DNA of 64,000 bases, taken from the NCBI GenBank assembly GCA_043797815.1, contig JAZDPG010000107.1, positions 5,252 to 69,251 on the forward strand. The letters are read 5' to 3'. The DNA is from Bacteroidota bacterium (GTDB lineage: Bacteria > Bacteroidota > Bacteroidia > Bacteroidales > GCA-2748055). The notes under the pieces were generated by a model. It did not search any database, was not told the origin of the DNA, and worked only from the letters and a program-made list of their open reading frames with translations. Below are positions 39,428 through 49,700 of this stretch, piece after piece; within the stretch, counting starts at the first letter, position 1, and each line of letters opens with the position of its first letter. The position numbers and the translations under genes were made by a program.

Positions 39428-40840
39428 TTTCGCGGCTTCCTCAATGAGCTGAACAAAGTCGATTGGCGGATGGTATGCAAAGTATACGGCAAAGGCCAGC
39501 AAAGCGTACTGCGAAACAGAATCCCACGGGCTGATGCGGGGCACGCGCTTTTCATCCAACCCCACCGGCGGTGTGAACAGCAGTTTGAATATATTGGAAC
39601 CAAAACCCCAGATGATCGTGGTCAGAAGGATCAGTACGACCGCCAGGAGGATCAGCCTGCGGGCTTCAAAAAGAGACTGAAAAAGAAGAAATTCGCTGAT
39701 AAACAAACCGGAAGGCGGCATGGCGGTGGCGGATATAAAACCCAGCAGCAGGACCAGGGCCCCGGCCCTGTTGTATTTGAAATAATGTCCCGTATCGTAA
39801 ATGCTTTTGCTCTGGTAGACCCTGTACACCTGGTTAAACTGAAAAAACAGGGCGGGTTTAACAAAGGTATGCAGAACAATGTGGAGGATCGCAGCGTAAA
39901 TGCCCACACCGCCGACTGCCAGCCCCAGGATCACGAGGCCCATATGTTCAATACTGGAATAGGCAAACATCCGCTTGATGTTTTTGATGTGGGTCATGTA
40001 GACAGTTGCCACAAAAATGGAGAGTATGGCGGATACGATCATCACCGTGGATGCCCAGTGGAGCAATCCGGTTCTGCTGAGAATGGCATACACCCTGAAA
40101 ATGCCGACAAACCCCATGTTCATAAGGATGCTGGAAAGCAGGGCTCCGGCAGGTGCCGGGGCCTTGTCCTTGGCATCGATACCGGCGGTATACATGGGGA
40201 CAAGTCCCATTTTAGCCGTGAAACCGGCAAAAATGAACAGGAAAGCCAGCTTAAGCCAGAAAGGGTCGAGAGCGGCTGCATGGTCCATGAGCACATCAAA
40301 GGAAAAAGTATCAATGGCCGCCTTCTTCATGGCAAGGCCGAGAAAAAGGATCCCTATGTATATAAAGGTGATGCTGATCGCACAAATAAATACGTATTTC
40401 CAGACTCCTTCCAGCGCCCTGATATTCCGGTGATGGTAAATAAGCACCGATGCACTCAGGGTGGTAACTTCCACAAAAATCCACATGACTGCAAGGTTGT
40501 TGGACACGTAAGCAATGCATATGGCTGAAATCAGGACAACCAGCGCAGCAAAAAACAGTCCTCTCGAGCGGGGGGGTTCATCATGGGTAACCATGTACCG
40601 GTAGGCATGGAAAAAAGCCGGAAGGCTCACGATGCAAAGGGCGAACAACATCAGAACCGACAATGGATCGGATTTGAAAAACTGATGATCAGCAACGTTG
40701 ATGTGGCTGAATTCATAAACCGCAAAGAGGCATAACATCAGGGCATAAAGCACAACCAGACCATAATGGATGACATTGTTTTTATTCAGGTAAAGCAAAA
40801 TGCCCGTTACAAGGGTGCCGGCTAGAAATATCAGGGTCAT
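39416..40840 (-). CDS. HyfF-like proton-translocating membrane subunit
   Basis: WIFVEVTT, WKY, KMGLVP, KRMFAYSSIEHMG, PPSGLFISE. Confidence 0.88.
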   Translation of the reverse strand: MTLIFLAGTLVTGILLYLNKNNVIHYGLVVLYALMLCLFAVYEFSHINVADHQFFKSDPLSVLMLFALCIVSLPAFFHAYRYMVTHDEPPRSRGLFFAALVVLISAICIAYVSNNLAVMWIFVEVTTLSASVLIYHHRNIRALEGVWKYVFICAISITFIYIGILFLGLAMKKAAIDTFSFDVLMDHAAALDPFWLKLAFLFIFAGFTAKMGLVPMYTAGIDAKDKAPAPAGALLSSILMNMGFVGIFRVYAILSRTGLLHWASTVMIVSAILSIFVATVYMTHIKNIKRMFAYSSIEHMGLVILGLAVGGVGIYAAILHIVLHTFVKPALFFQFNQVYRVYQSKSIYDTGHYFKYNRAGALVLLLGFISATAMPPSGLFISEFLLFQSLFEARRLILLAVVLILLTTIIWGFGSNIFKLLFTPPVGLDEKRVPRISPWDSVSQYALLAFAVYFAYHPPIDFVQLIEEAAKLIQ

Positions 40841-40845
40841 GAGAA

Positions 40846-41475
40846 TCAGTCTTTCAGGTTCCGTAATTGTGAAACATCCGGGTCCTGCAGTACATCCCCG
40901 ATTTTATTGAAGAAAATGCCCAGGATCAGCACACTGGCAAAAATATCGAGCATGATCCCAAGGTTCACCAGCATGGGCATCTCGTTTGCCACAGCCAGGG
41001 AAAGGATAAAAACACCATTTTCAATAACCAGGTAGCCGATCACATGGGTGATAATTTTTTTCCTGGAAACGATCAGGTATAACCCGGTAAAAAGATTGGA
41101 AAGTGAGGCCACAAAAATGGTCTTATCCAGATGGGGGTCTTTGATCTGGCTCGATAAGACAATGGTTGAGACAATAATCAGGGTGACGATCAGAAGCGAA
41201 ACAAAATTGGGCAGGTAGGGCTCTGCTTCGCGGGTAATATGATTCCGACTTATAACTCTTTTCAGAAAAACAGGAACTGCCAGAGCCTTAAAAACAATGG
41301 TTTCCAGCAGGATGAAAGCCAGGTTTACCAAGTTGATCTCCGTTAAAGTAAGAAGCATCACACCAAAAAGAATAAACCCCTGGAAAATCAGGATATTCAG
41401 GTAGGTGAATATCCTGTTCGCGATGCTCATGAAGAGGAGGCTGATGGCCAAAATGATCAATAAAATATCGCTCAT
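40846..41475 (-). CDS. HyfE-like membrane subunit
   Basis: GYLVIENG, MPMLVNLGIMLD; start probably ATG 41475. Confidence 0.82.
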   Translation of the reverse strand: MSDILLIILAISLLFMSIANRIFTYLNILIFQGFILFGVMLLTLTEINLVNLAFILLETIVFKALAVPVFLKRVISRNHITREAEPYLPNFVSLLIVTLIIVSTIVLSSQIKDPHLDKTIFVASLSNLFTGLYLIVSRKKIITHVIGYLVIENGVFILSLAVANEMPMLVNLGIMLDIFASVLILGIFFNKIGDVLQDPDVSQLRNLKD

Positions 41476-41485
41476 GTTTACTTGT

Positions 41486-42391
41486 TTAATTGAATTTTCC
41501 AAGGACTAGCAATACCCCAAAAAAGATCAGCAGTGAAACCGATGTCAGGATAAAGATAAACTGGGGATTATGTCCCATCCTGAACCTGGCCATGAATGAC
41601 TCGAACAGGCCTATGGTAACAGCAAAAATGACCTGTACTGCAAAAAATACAGGTACCGACCAATGCAGGGGAAGCCCGCCAATAAAAAAATTGGCGATGA
41701 TCGCCCCGTACATGACAAATTTCAAAGGTGCGGCGTACATGATCATTCCCAAATCAAAGCCGCTGTTGTCCAGCACCATCACTTCATGGATCATCGTCAG
41801 TTCCAGGTGTGTTTTGGGGTCGTCCACCGGCATGCGGCTGTTCTCTACCATGGCAACAAACAAGAGCACAAAAGCTGCCAGTCCGCCGATCAGGTAGGAG
41901 ATATGGCTGCCAAAATGCAGTGAATTGAAAATGTCATAAAAAGAAGAGTGACCCGTGAACAGGGCAAGTGAGCCCATCACAATAAAAAAAGCCGGTTCAA
42001 CGAGCATGGAAAACAAAGCTTCGCGGCTGGCTCCCATGCCTTCGAAACTGCTTCCGGTATCCAGAGAGGCAATGATCATCACAAACTTGCCAAGCCCCAG
42101 GATGTAGGCAAACATGACAAAATCCCCTTCAAAGGAGATGAGCCCCGGCAAATTTCCGTGGGGCAGCATCAGTACGGCCATCAGGATGGATGCAAGGTAT
42201 ACTGAAGGCGCTATCCTGAAGATAAAACTAGTTGTCGTGCTAAACACCGAGCCCTTCCGCAGAAGCCTGATGATATCTTTGACGGGCTGCAAAACACCCG
42301 GCCCCTTACGCCCGGAAGCGAGGCTTTTCGTGCGCACCACAATGCCCATAAAAAAAATACTTGCCGTCAGGATGATTATGACACTCACCAT
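41486..42391 (-). CDS. HyfC/HycD (NuoH-like) membrane subunit
   Basis: GRKGPGVLQP, GMGASRE, ENSRMPVDDP.THLELTMIHE. Confidence 0.9.
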   Translation of the reverse strand: MVSVIIILTASIFFMGIVVRTKSLASGRKGPGVLQPVKDIIRLLRKGSVFSTTTSFIFRIAPSVYLASILMAVLMLPHGNLPGLISFEGDFVMFAYILGLGKFVMIIASLDTGSSFEGMGASREALFSMLVEPAFFIVMGSLALFTGHSSFYDIFNSLHFGSHISYLIGGLAAFVLLFVAMVENSRMPVDDPKTHLELTMIHEVMVLDNSGFDLGMIMYAAPLKFVMYGAIIANFFIGGLPLHWSVPVFFAVQVIFAVTIGLFESFMARFRMGHNPQFIFILTSVSLLIFFGVLLVLGKFN

Positions 42392-42398
42392 ATTCCAG

Positions 42399-44420
42399 CT
42401 ATTTAATAAAACTGATAAAATCCATAAGCTTTGAAATAATCACAGGAACCACAAATACCAAAGTGATGAAAATGAATCCGTAAAGAATATAATACTGGAT
42501 GTTGCCATTCTGAAGGAATACAAACCGGTTCAGCAGTCTTTTAAACCGGCGAACAGGTTTATCAATAAGCCAGTATTCCACTTTGTCATATGGATGGGTG
42601 GACTGACTGATTTCGACGGGATAAAGGGTGGCTGACAGGCTTTTTTCCTTCTTCATCAAAAGAAGAGGTTCGGCCAGCTTCCTGTAGGTCCGTATGAACG
42701 ATGATGCGGTATACTGTGCTTTGGGGATGCTGCCGGTATAACCGCAGCCCCAGGTTTCATATTCGCTTGCTGGTTTATTTCCGGTCATCTTTTTCCTTGT
42801 GAAAAAGATGGCGAGGACCATTACAATCAAACCCAGTGAAACCAACCCGGCAAGCGAGATGCTGCGAAAAGCGGAGGTCATTCCGTTTACCGAATCAGCA
42901 GGATTGCCTTGACCGAACAGGGAGGCGACCTGCAGAAGCGGTTCCGAAAACAGGAAGGGCATGACACCAATCACCAGGATCGCCAGGGCAATGAAATAGA
43001 GAGGGACGATGTTGAGCGGTTTTTCGATTTTTTCCATGCCCGCGCTGCCGCGGCTGTTTCCCAGGAAAACCACTCCAAAGGCCTTGGTAAAACAAATGAG
43101 CGCCAGTCCGCCAACCAGGACCAGTCCCACCATCGAGAAAAGCATGGAGAGCGTAAAGAGGAAATTGTTTGTTCCCAACCCCTCAAAAAAGCCTTTGAAA
43201 ATGAAAAATTCCGAGACAAAGCCGTTCAAAGGGGGCAGGCCGCAAATGGCCAGTGAGGCAACCAGAAACAGATACCCGGTATGCGGAACCTTTTTAATCA
43301 TACCTCCCAGGGCTTCGATATTCATCGTATGGGTGGCCTGATAAACGTTTCCTGCAGCAAAGAACAGCAAGGATTTAAACAGGGAGTGGTTGAGTGTATG
43401 CAGCAGCGCGCCTCCGAAACCGAGCCCTATGAGCACCGGGTTATCCGTGCCCATTCCAAGGCATCCCAGTCCCATGCCCATCCCGATAATACCGATATTC
43501 TCGATGGAGTGGTAAGCGAGCAGGCGTTTCAGGTTGTGCTGCACAATGGCGAGCATGACCCCGTAAACCCCCGTAATGACGGAAACGGCAAGCACAAAAT
43601 AGCCGATGAAGGTATAATCCGTATGAATGAGGGTGATCATGCGCAGGATCCCGAAAATCCCAATCTTGATAATCACCCCCGACATCACTCCCGAAATGTG
43701 CGCCGGTGCAGCCGGATGGGCCAGCGGCAGCCAGGTATGAAAAGGGACAAAACCTGCTTTGACGGCGAAGCCGGTAAAGAAAACGATAAACAGACCGATG
43801 GCTGCCCGGGGATGGCTGGCTGTAAGGGAAGCAATAGCCGAAAAATCAAAGGAGCCGGTTTTAACCTTCACCCAGATAAACCCGATGGTCAAAAGAAGAA
43901 TGCCGATATGCGACTGGATTAAAAAGTTGATACCGGCCTTCAGCGTCTCTTTCTTCTCCCACTCAAAAACAATGACAATAAACGAGCTGATGGCCATGAT
44001 CTCCCATACCGTCAGGAACATGATGGAGTTCTGAACAAGGCATAAATCGATCAGTGAGGTGAAATTCAGGATATAAAAAACAATATGCACCTTCAATTCG
44101 GCCCGTTTTTCCCGGTATTTCTTCATGTAGCCAATCCCGTAGAACGAGCTGATCAGGAACGAAAAGCTGATGATGAGCATGAACCAGGCCGACAGATAAT
44201 CAAACCTGATTGCCGTTTTACCCATGGGCCCGGAGCTGTTCAGGTAAAATTCACCCGCCCCTTTGGCAAAAATGAAAACAGCCAGAACAGAAACCATGAT
44301 GACCTGCAACACATGGAAAGCTGCCGAAATCCGGACAGGAAGCCTTTTCCCGGATAAAACAACCAGGAATACAGCCACAACAGCTACGATGTTGAACCCT
44401 TCAAAAAGCAGTTTTTCCAT
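42399..44420 (-). CDS. HyfB/HycC-like antiporter-type membrane subunit
   Basis: WEIM, KAGFVPFHTWLP.AHP, KRLLAYHSIENIG, GLPPLNGF, WGCGY; start probably ATG 44420. Confidence 0.9.
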   Translation of the reverse strand: MEKLLFEGFNIVAVVAVFLVVLSGKRLPVRISAAFHVLQVIMVSVLAVFIFAKGAGEFYLNSSGPMGKTAIRFDYLSAWFMLIISFSFLISSFYGIGYMKKYREKRAELKVHIVFYILNFTSLIDLCLVQNSIMFLTVWEIMAISSFIVIVFEWEKKETLKAGINFLIQSHIGILLLTIGFIWVKVKTGSFDFSAIASLTASHPRAAIGLFIVFFTGFAVKAGFVPFHTWLPLAHPAAPAHISGVMSGVIIKIGIFGILRMITLIHTDYTFIGYFVLAVSVITGVYGVMLAIVQHNLKRLLAYHSIENIGIIGMGMGLGCLGMGTDNPVLIGLGFGGALLHTLNHSLFKSLLFFAAGNVYQATHTMNIEALGGMIKKVPHTGYLFLVASLAICGLPPLNGFVSEFFIFKGFFEGLGTNNFLFTLSMLFSMVGLVLVGGLALICFTKAFGVVFLGNSRGSAGMEKIEKPLNIVPLYFIALAILVIGVMPFLFSEPLLQVASLFGQGNPADSVNGMTSAFRSISLAGLVSLGLIVMVLAIFFTRKKMTGNKPASEYETWGCGYTGSIPKAQYTASSFIRTYRKLAEPLLLMKKEKSLSATLYPVEISQSTHPYDKVEYWLIDKPVRRFKRLLNRFVFLQNGNIQYYILYGFIFITLVFVVPVIISKLMDFISFIK

Positions 44421-44554
44421 TACATCACGATTGAATAGATACCATTGCAAAGTAAGCGTAAAATTTGCTCCAGCTGTGGGAGAGTGCAAAAGAAGCTGCT
44501 GAAAAAAATCCAAAGCTCAAAAAAGGAAAAAGCGGACGAAAACGCAAGAAACCG

Positions 44555-44602
44555 TTTTAACCCCTGGATTTATGAAGAAAAGTGTAATTTTAACCCTTGG
44601 AT
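44555..44602 (+). promoter_or_regulatory. Direct repeat TTTTAACCCyTGGAT x2 upstream of the AAA ATPase
   Basis: Copies at 44555 and 44588, 33 bp apart. Confidence 0.55.
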
Positions 44603-44613
44603 AATTTATTATT

Positions 44614-45951
44614 ATGTATTTAACAAGAACCGTAGACAAGTTCTTACTGGAATGGAAAAATGATTTGAGAAGGAAGCCCTTACTGCTTCGGGGTGCCAGG
44701 CAGGTTGGAAAATCATCCAGTGTAAGGGAACTCTCAAGAAAGTTTGACTATTTTCTGGAGGTAAATTTTGAAGAAAACAAGGATATTCATGGTTTTTTTA
44801 CCGGCAACTTATCTCCGGAAAACATTTGTAAAAACTTATCGCTCGTCTATGATATACCTGTTATTCCAGGAAAAACACTTGTTTTTTTCGACGAGATACA
44901 ATCGTGTATTCCTGCCATATCATCAATAAGATTTTTTTATGAGAGAATTCCGGATCTGCATCTGATTTCAGCTGGTTCACTATTAGAATTTGCACTTGAA
45001 GAACTTCCTTCATTTGGCGTAGGTCGTATTCGATCTTTGTTCATGTACCCTATGTCTTTCAACGAATTTCTTATGGCAAATGAACTTCAACCACTATTAA
45101 CAGCCATTGAGGAGGCAAATGTGAATTTTCCGCTTTCAGAACCTGTTCACAAAAAGATTATCTCCTTATTAAAAGAGTTTCTCATTATCGGAGGCATGCC
45201 TGAAGTTGTAGCAAAATATGTAGAAAACGGTGATCTCCGGGAATGTCAGTCTGTTTTAGATGATTTAATCATATCCCTTCAGGCTGATTTTACAAAATAT
45301 AAACAAAGAATTCCTTCAATTCGAGTCCGCAAAGTTTTTGAATCCATTGTGTATCAGTCAGGAAAGAAATTTATCTATGCAAATGCTGTGGATGATGCAA
45401 ATTCTCAACAGATACATGAAGTTGTGGAAATATTGATTCTTGCTCATCTGGTGATACCGGTAACTCACACCTCAGCGAACGGTTTGCCGTTGGGTGCAGA
45501 AAGCAACAGCAAAAAGCGCAAACTTATGTTGCTTGATACCGGTGTAACGCAGCGAATACTTAATTTGCAACTGTCGGATATTTTACTTTCGAATGATCTT
45601 GAGGTGGTCAACAAGGGCAGCATTGCAGAACAATATGCAGGTCTGGAGTTAATTAAAAATACTTCACCTTTTCAGCCTCAGCAACTATTCTATTGGCACA
45701 GAGAAGAGAGAAACAGTAATGCCGAAGTGGATTATATCATTCAGATGGGTAATAAGATCATTCCTCTTGAAGTAAAGTCAGGGATCAGAGGTAAAATGCA
45801 CAGCTTGCGGCTCTTTCTCAGTGAGAAAAAAACCAGTTACGGCATCAGGACTTCCCTTGAGAAATACGCGAAATACGATAACATCCTGGTATTGCCTCTC
45901 TATGCACTTTCAGATCTGGAAAATGAAGACAAACCGTTACAATCAGATTGA
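44614..45951 (+). CDS. AAA_14 ATPase with DUF4143 domain
   Basis: GARQVGKS, FFDEIQ, AGSLL, VGR, GGMPE, DTG, AEVDY..PLEVKS; low GC. Confidence 0.88.
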   Translation: MYLTRTVDKFLLEWKNDLRRKPLLLRGARQVGKSSSVRELSRKFDYFLEVNFEENKDIHGFFTGNLSPENICKNLSLVYDIPVIPGKTLVFFDEIQSCIPAISSIRFFYERIPDLHLISAGSLLEFALEELPSFGVGRIRSLFMYPMSFNEFLMANELQPLLTAIEEANVNFPLSEPVHKKIISLLKEFLIIGGMPEVVAKYVENGDLRECQSVLDDLIISLQADFTKYKQRIPSIRVRKVFESIVYQSGKKFIYANAVDDANSQQIHEVVEILILAHLVIPVTHTSANGLPLGAESNSKKRKLMLLDTGVTQRILNLQLSDILLSNDLEVVNKGSIAEQYAGLELIKNTSPFQPQQLFYWHREERNSNAEVDYIIQMGNKIIPLEVKSGIRGKMHSLRLFLSEKKTSYGIRTSLEKYAKYDNILVLPLYALSDLENEDKPLQSD

Positions 45952-46069
45952 AAACAAAGATTCTTATCCCATCCATTCCCGTTTACCTTACGCCTCGAAG
46001 CAATTTTGCCCATGCTCATTCGTAATGCAAATACATGGTGAAACGGAACCATCCGCATTTTACGGAAGA

Positions 46070-46947
46070 TCAGGCCTGGAAATCCAGTTTCCCTTCAGAG
46101 GGTTCCAGGAAAGCGTTGCAACTATCCAGGTAAAGCTGCATCCGGTCCATGTTCCCTGCACCAACTCTTTATCAACAAATGAAGTGCCCCCGGCTACCTT
46201 GTTCCTGTCCTTGAACAACCCGGGATTGGCATCCCTCCTGGCTCCCAGAAGGGTTTTGTGCCTGCGCCTGAGTATGGCCAGAAATTCTTCACCCGTACCA
46301 GCGATCAAAGCCATCTCCCGCCGATCAGATACCAGTTTGTAAGTCCCCAGAATATCATGCGAATCCTCATTCCTGGCAGGTAGCGGAAGACCGGTTTCAT
46401 TGATTTTCCGGGCTTCATCAATTTCAAAACGGGTTCCTGGCTCCAATCAGAGAATCGAGCCGGACAAACTCCTTTTCCATATGCAACATCCCGGATATCT
46501 TTCGCGCCGTATCCCGGAGACGCTTGATCTCCTCCTCTCCATGGACCCTGATGATCTGTTCCAGCTTTTCTTCAATTTCAGGGATAGTCAAAGTTTTAGA
46601 GGCAGGGCCCGGCTTTTTGCCGGGCTGGAGATTCTCAAGAAACGCCCGTGCCTGCTGAGAAACAAATAACTGCCCCGAAAAAGGATGGTCCCCCTCAACA
46701 GGTGCAGGCCCCTCCAGGAAGCGGATGCTTACCCCGGGTAGCTCAACCTTTTTGGTATACTTGTATGTCAGGAAAAAATGACCTGCTTTTGTTGGCAAAA
46801 ACTCAAACGCCGACCGGTGACTGATGATGGCGCCCGGGTACAACTTCTCCAATACCTCGAAAAGGTTTCGCTGAATAATCAATTCAGCTTTTTATCAGCA
46901 GTCCCGGCAATGATCTCTTTCAGCCATATGGGAGGATTTTTTTCCAT
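46070..46947 (-). pseudogene. Large Fic-family gene reduced to fragments; catalytic region missing
   Basis: Four segments in different frames: MEKNPPIWLKEII.. / IIQRNLF..ISHRSAFE..RAFLENL.. / GTRFEIDEA..DSHDILGTY..PGLFK..LVQGT / MQLYLDSCNAFLEPSEGKLDFQA*; no HPFxDGNGR. Confidence 0.7.
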
Positions 46948-47070
46948 TATAATGTCACTTCGAGGGATTTTTTTTCAAAATTTGCCTAAACAGGAATTTG
47001 GTTTCGGATCCATTCCGGGAACAGGAGTACTTTTTTCCAGGTCTATCATCATAAATAAACTTTAATCAGT

Positions 47071-47235
47071 TTAAAGACACGTGGCCTTTTCAGGGCTTGC
47101 CAATGCAATTTTCCTTCCTCTGCCCGGCCGGTTCACTGATGGATCCACTTCCATCAGGGTTTGGCCGAAGCCAAATAACTCCGGTTTAATCCGGTGGTAG
47201 ATCAGGTTGGCCGCCAGCCAGCTTATATTTTCGCT
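47071..47235 (-). pseudogene. Possible AbiEi-type (type IV TA) antitoxin fragment
   Basis: Manual translation YHRIKPELFGFG...IALASPEKA. Confidence 0.35.
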
Positions 47236-47307
47236 GCTTTCGGTGTCAGAATTGTACTATATTCCGTTCTCTTTTGCTATATTTGCCTTTATTATAGTAC
47301 AAATATA

Positions 47308-47610
47308 ATGAAGAAGAAACGCCAGATACTATTTCCGAAGCACCAGAAAATTCTGGAACAGTTGGGGGAAAACATCAAGCTGGCAAGGAAAAGACGGAAG
47401 TTAACAACCCTTCAGGTAGCCGAGCGAGCCGGTATTGCACGCAACACGCTATACCTGATCGAAAAGGGAAGCTCCAGTGTTTCGATTGGAGCCCTTTTTA
47501 ACGTTCTAAGGGTATTGGGACTACAGGATGACTTTCTCAAACTTGCAGCTGATGATGCACTGGGGAGGAAACTGCAAGACATGAATTTACTGGGTAACAG
47601 ATCATCATGA
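47308..47610 (+). CDS. XRE-family HTH protein (HipB-like antitoxin)
   Basis: LGENIKLARKRRKLT..QVAERAGIARNTLYLIEKG; start re-called at ATG 47308; overlaps the hipA start. Confidence 0.85.
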   Translation: MKKKRQILFPKHQKILEQLGENIKLARKRRKLTTLQVAERAGIARNTLYLIEKGSSSVSIGALFNVLRVLGLQDDFLKLAADDALGRKLQDMNLLGNRSS

Positions 47611-48170
47611 AAGCAAACAAAACCGACATATTTGTTTACACCCACTGGGTCGGCATGCCAAAACCCAAGCTGATCGGTACCCTTTCTGCACACCAGGGGA
47701 AAGGGAGAAAATCATATAGTTTCGAATACGATATTGACTACCTGTTGGGTGTTTTTGACCATAACCGAATGGGTGCTTTGCGATTTAATATGATACAATT
47801 GACAAAGCAAAGTGGGAGTTTCTGGCGCATAAACTGGCCATCGCTTCCGGAATCGAAATGGCTGAATCTGACGTTCAAAATGTTGCCGGGAAGTATCACA
47901 CCTTTTTTACCAGGCGAACAAGACCTTCATCAATTGTGGAGGAGAATCATCTTCAATATAGCCATCTCCAATACAGACGATCATCTGCGGAATCATGGGT
48001 TTATCCTCAAAGACAAAGGGTGGCGGTTGTCCCCTGCCTATGATATCAATCCATCAGACGAAATCATAGATGAAGTTAAAACGGCAGTAAGCGGCTGGAA
48101 AACACTGGCCACGCACCTGGAAATCCCCCGGTCAGAACAACAAATCATGGCGTCGGCTTTCAGATATTGA
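47607..48170 (+). pseudogene. hipA: HipA-family toxin with multiple internal deletions
   Basis: Only 187 codons; retains N-terminus, DYLLGV..RMGALRF, an out-of-frame WEFLAHKLA..GIEMAES piece, NTDDHLRNHGF..LSPAYDINP and the C-terminus. Confidence 0.8.
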
Positions 48171-48357
48171 TCCTCAACAAGCGCTTTTAGGAATCACCTT
48201 GAATGGTACCCTTTTCTTTTCCAGAAGCGCAGCATGAAATCGAGGTTATCCATCAGCAGTTCGCGCCCGCTTAATCCGGGGAATTCAAGACCGGGAAGGT
48301 CATAGCGGGCCAACATGTAATGCATCCAGTTCCCGCTGATATAAGGTGATTCGAGCA

Positions 48358-48656
48358 TCCTCATCGCAAAAAATCATCAGAAACCAAAGCAAAAACAACC
48401 TCTTCTATCGCAATTTCCCTGATGCTGGTTTTGAATTCTGTTGTTATGATTGTTTGCGTATCGAAACTGGGAGATTCAAGAAGTACTTCGCAATCTGCTT
48501 CTTTTGTCGTTACACTGCCAGTAACGGAAATTTTATAGACTTTCCCTGCGTTTTTACCCAGGTAATCTCTATATCATCATATTTTTCACAACGAGACGCA
48601 GTCAATACAATGATGAGTACTGCTAAAAATGCATTCAGTGATTTTTTTTGTCTCAT
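48358..48656 (-). pseudogene. Frameshifted lipoprotein remnant
   Basis: MRQKKSLNAFLAVLIIVLTASRC-EKYDD signal/lipobox, then early stop. Confidence 0.35.
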
Positions 48657-48695
48657 ACAGTTAGAATTTAAGAGTGGCATGCTGTGCCCGTGAAA

Positions 48696-48890
48696 TCACC
48701 TACCAACTGCTGCTCTGATTCGGTAATTCACTTTTCTCATAAGCGCTTTAATCTTACTTTCCTCAACTTCAAGTAACCTTAGGGCTGTTCGTACTACCTC
48801 ACTTGCTGAGCTATACCTCCCTGCTGCTACTGCATTTTGAATAAAGCTTTCAAAGTGATCGCCTAACGATATTGATGTATTCTTACCCAT
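48696..48890 (-). pseudogene. ParD-like (RHH) antitoxin, C-terminally truncated or fused; ParE partner absent
   Basis: MGKNTSISLGDHFESFI...GRYSSASEVVRTALRLLE. Confidence 0.75.
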
Positions 48891-48940
48891 ATTTTCTGTT
48901 TTTCTCAAAAGTGCCAAGGTTTGGTAACACTTCAAAATGA

Positions 48941-49024
48941 ATCTCCAGGGATTTTTCATACGCACTGATAAGCTCGTGAAGATCGGCCAGGTCCTGTTCG
49001 CTTGCCATGTAGTGGCCAAATCTG
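48941..49024 (-). pseudogene. 84-bp remnant of a paralog of the 51313-51957 gene
   Basis: Aligns by eye with 51488-51572 (YMASEQDLADLHELISAYEKSLEI vs YMVSEQDLAGLHALIKAFEKSMEI). Confidence 0.85.
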
Positions 49025-49085
49025 AAAACCGAAGACTAATCATATAATCCCCTTTATAATCTGCTTTTTCTATTGACACTACCAT
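49020..49085 (-). pseudogene. DUF2442 N-terminal remnant
   Basis: MVVSIEKADYKGDYMISLRFSD resembles IDSAKYLSDYAIRIKFSD of the intact copy. Confidence 0.65.
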
Positions 49086-49088
49086 GAC

Positions 49089-49271
49089 TTACCTTTTTCC
49101 CATTGATTTTGAAGGGCTTGAATAGGCCTTTGTCAACTTTCCGGTTGGTGTATAAATTCCGGTCCGGACCAGAAAATCAAGAGATTCCCTCGATGCTGTA
49201 ATCTCTTTTGAGAAGCTTTTAAACTCCTGCAAATAAGTTTGGTGTTCTTTGGAATTCATGAGTTGCAACAA
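49089..49271 (-). CDS. Small hypothetical protein
   Basis: ORF whose 3' end is duplicated at 50006-50050; FLVRTGIYTPTGKLTKAY. Confidence 0.55.
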   Translation of the reverse strand: MLQLMNSKEHQTYLQEFKSFSKEITASRESLDFLVRTGIYTPTGKLTKAYSSPSKSMGKR

Positions 49272-49299
49272 ATTATTTTGATCATAACAAAGGTATATT

Positions 49300-49368
49300 C
49301 TCCCGATCAGAATCCGGAAGCAAAGCTATAACTGCATACTCGATCAGGTCTTTTTTGGCGCCGCTCAT
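49300..49368 (-). pseudogene. HEPN toxin remnant
   Basis: ATGA overlap with the MNT stop; MSGAKKDLIEY joined directly to AVIALL. Confidence 0.55.
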
Positions 49369-49694
49369 TGTATGCGAATTCCTTCTTTGTGAATATATTC
49401 ATAAAGTGGCGTAAATGAATGTTTGTTAAACCATTCATTTTTTGAATATATAAGGGGTGATATAATTTCACCAGTTTCTAATTCTATTTCGTAGAATTCG
49501 TCCATGAATCTGGTTTCTACCTCAAAAGGTATATTCTGCCGGTTGAGTAATACTAAAAAATCCCAATCTGAGTACTCTCTTGCATCTCCTCTAGCCCTTG
49601 ATCCGTATAAGTAAATTTCTGAATTAGGATCGTTTTCATTAACAACTCTGATAATTCTCTGCAGTATTTGCTCTTTATCAATCATACAATTCAT
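49365..49694 (-). CDS. Minimal nucleotidyltransferase (MNT antitoxin)
   Basis: LYGSRARGD...SDWDFLVL. Confidence 0.88.
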   Translation of the reverse strand: MNCMIDKEQILQRIIRVVNENDPNSEIYLYGSRARGDAREYSDWDFLVLLNRQNIPFEVETRFMDEFYEIELETGEIISPLIYSKNEWFNKHSFTPLYEYIHKEGIRIQ

Positions 49695-49700
49695 CGTGGT

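Noticed and set aside
39385-39603. N-terminal extension of the Ehr large-subunit ORF
   Set aside because: Overlaps hyfF out of frame; the stop-start junction points to ATG 39384
37069-44420. Functional [NiFe] hydrogenase-4 / formate hydrogenlyase
   Set aside because: Both CxxC NiFe motifs are absent; no maturation or formate dehydrogenase genes
48696-49085. A single 129-aa gene
   Set aside because: Chance in-frame chimera of a DUF2442 remnant, an out-of-frame paralog remnant and ParD
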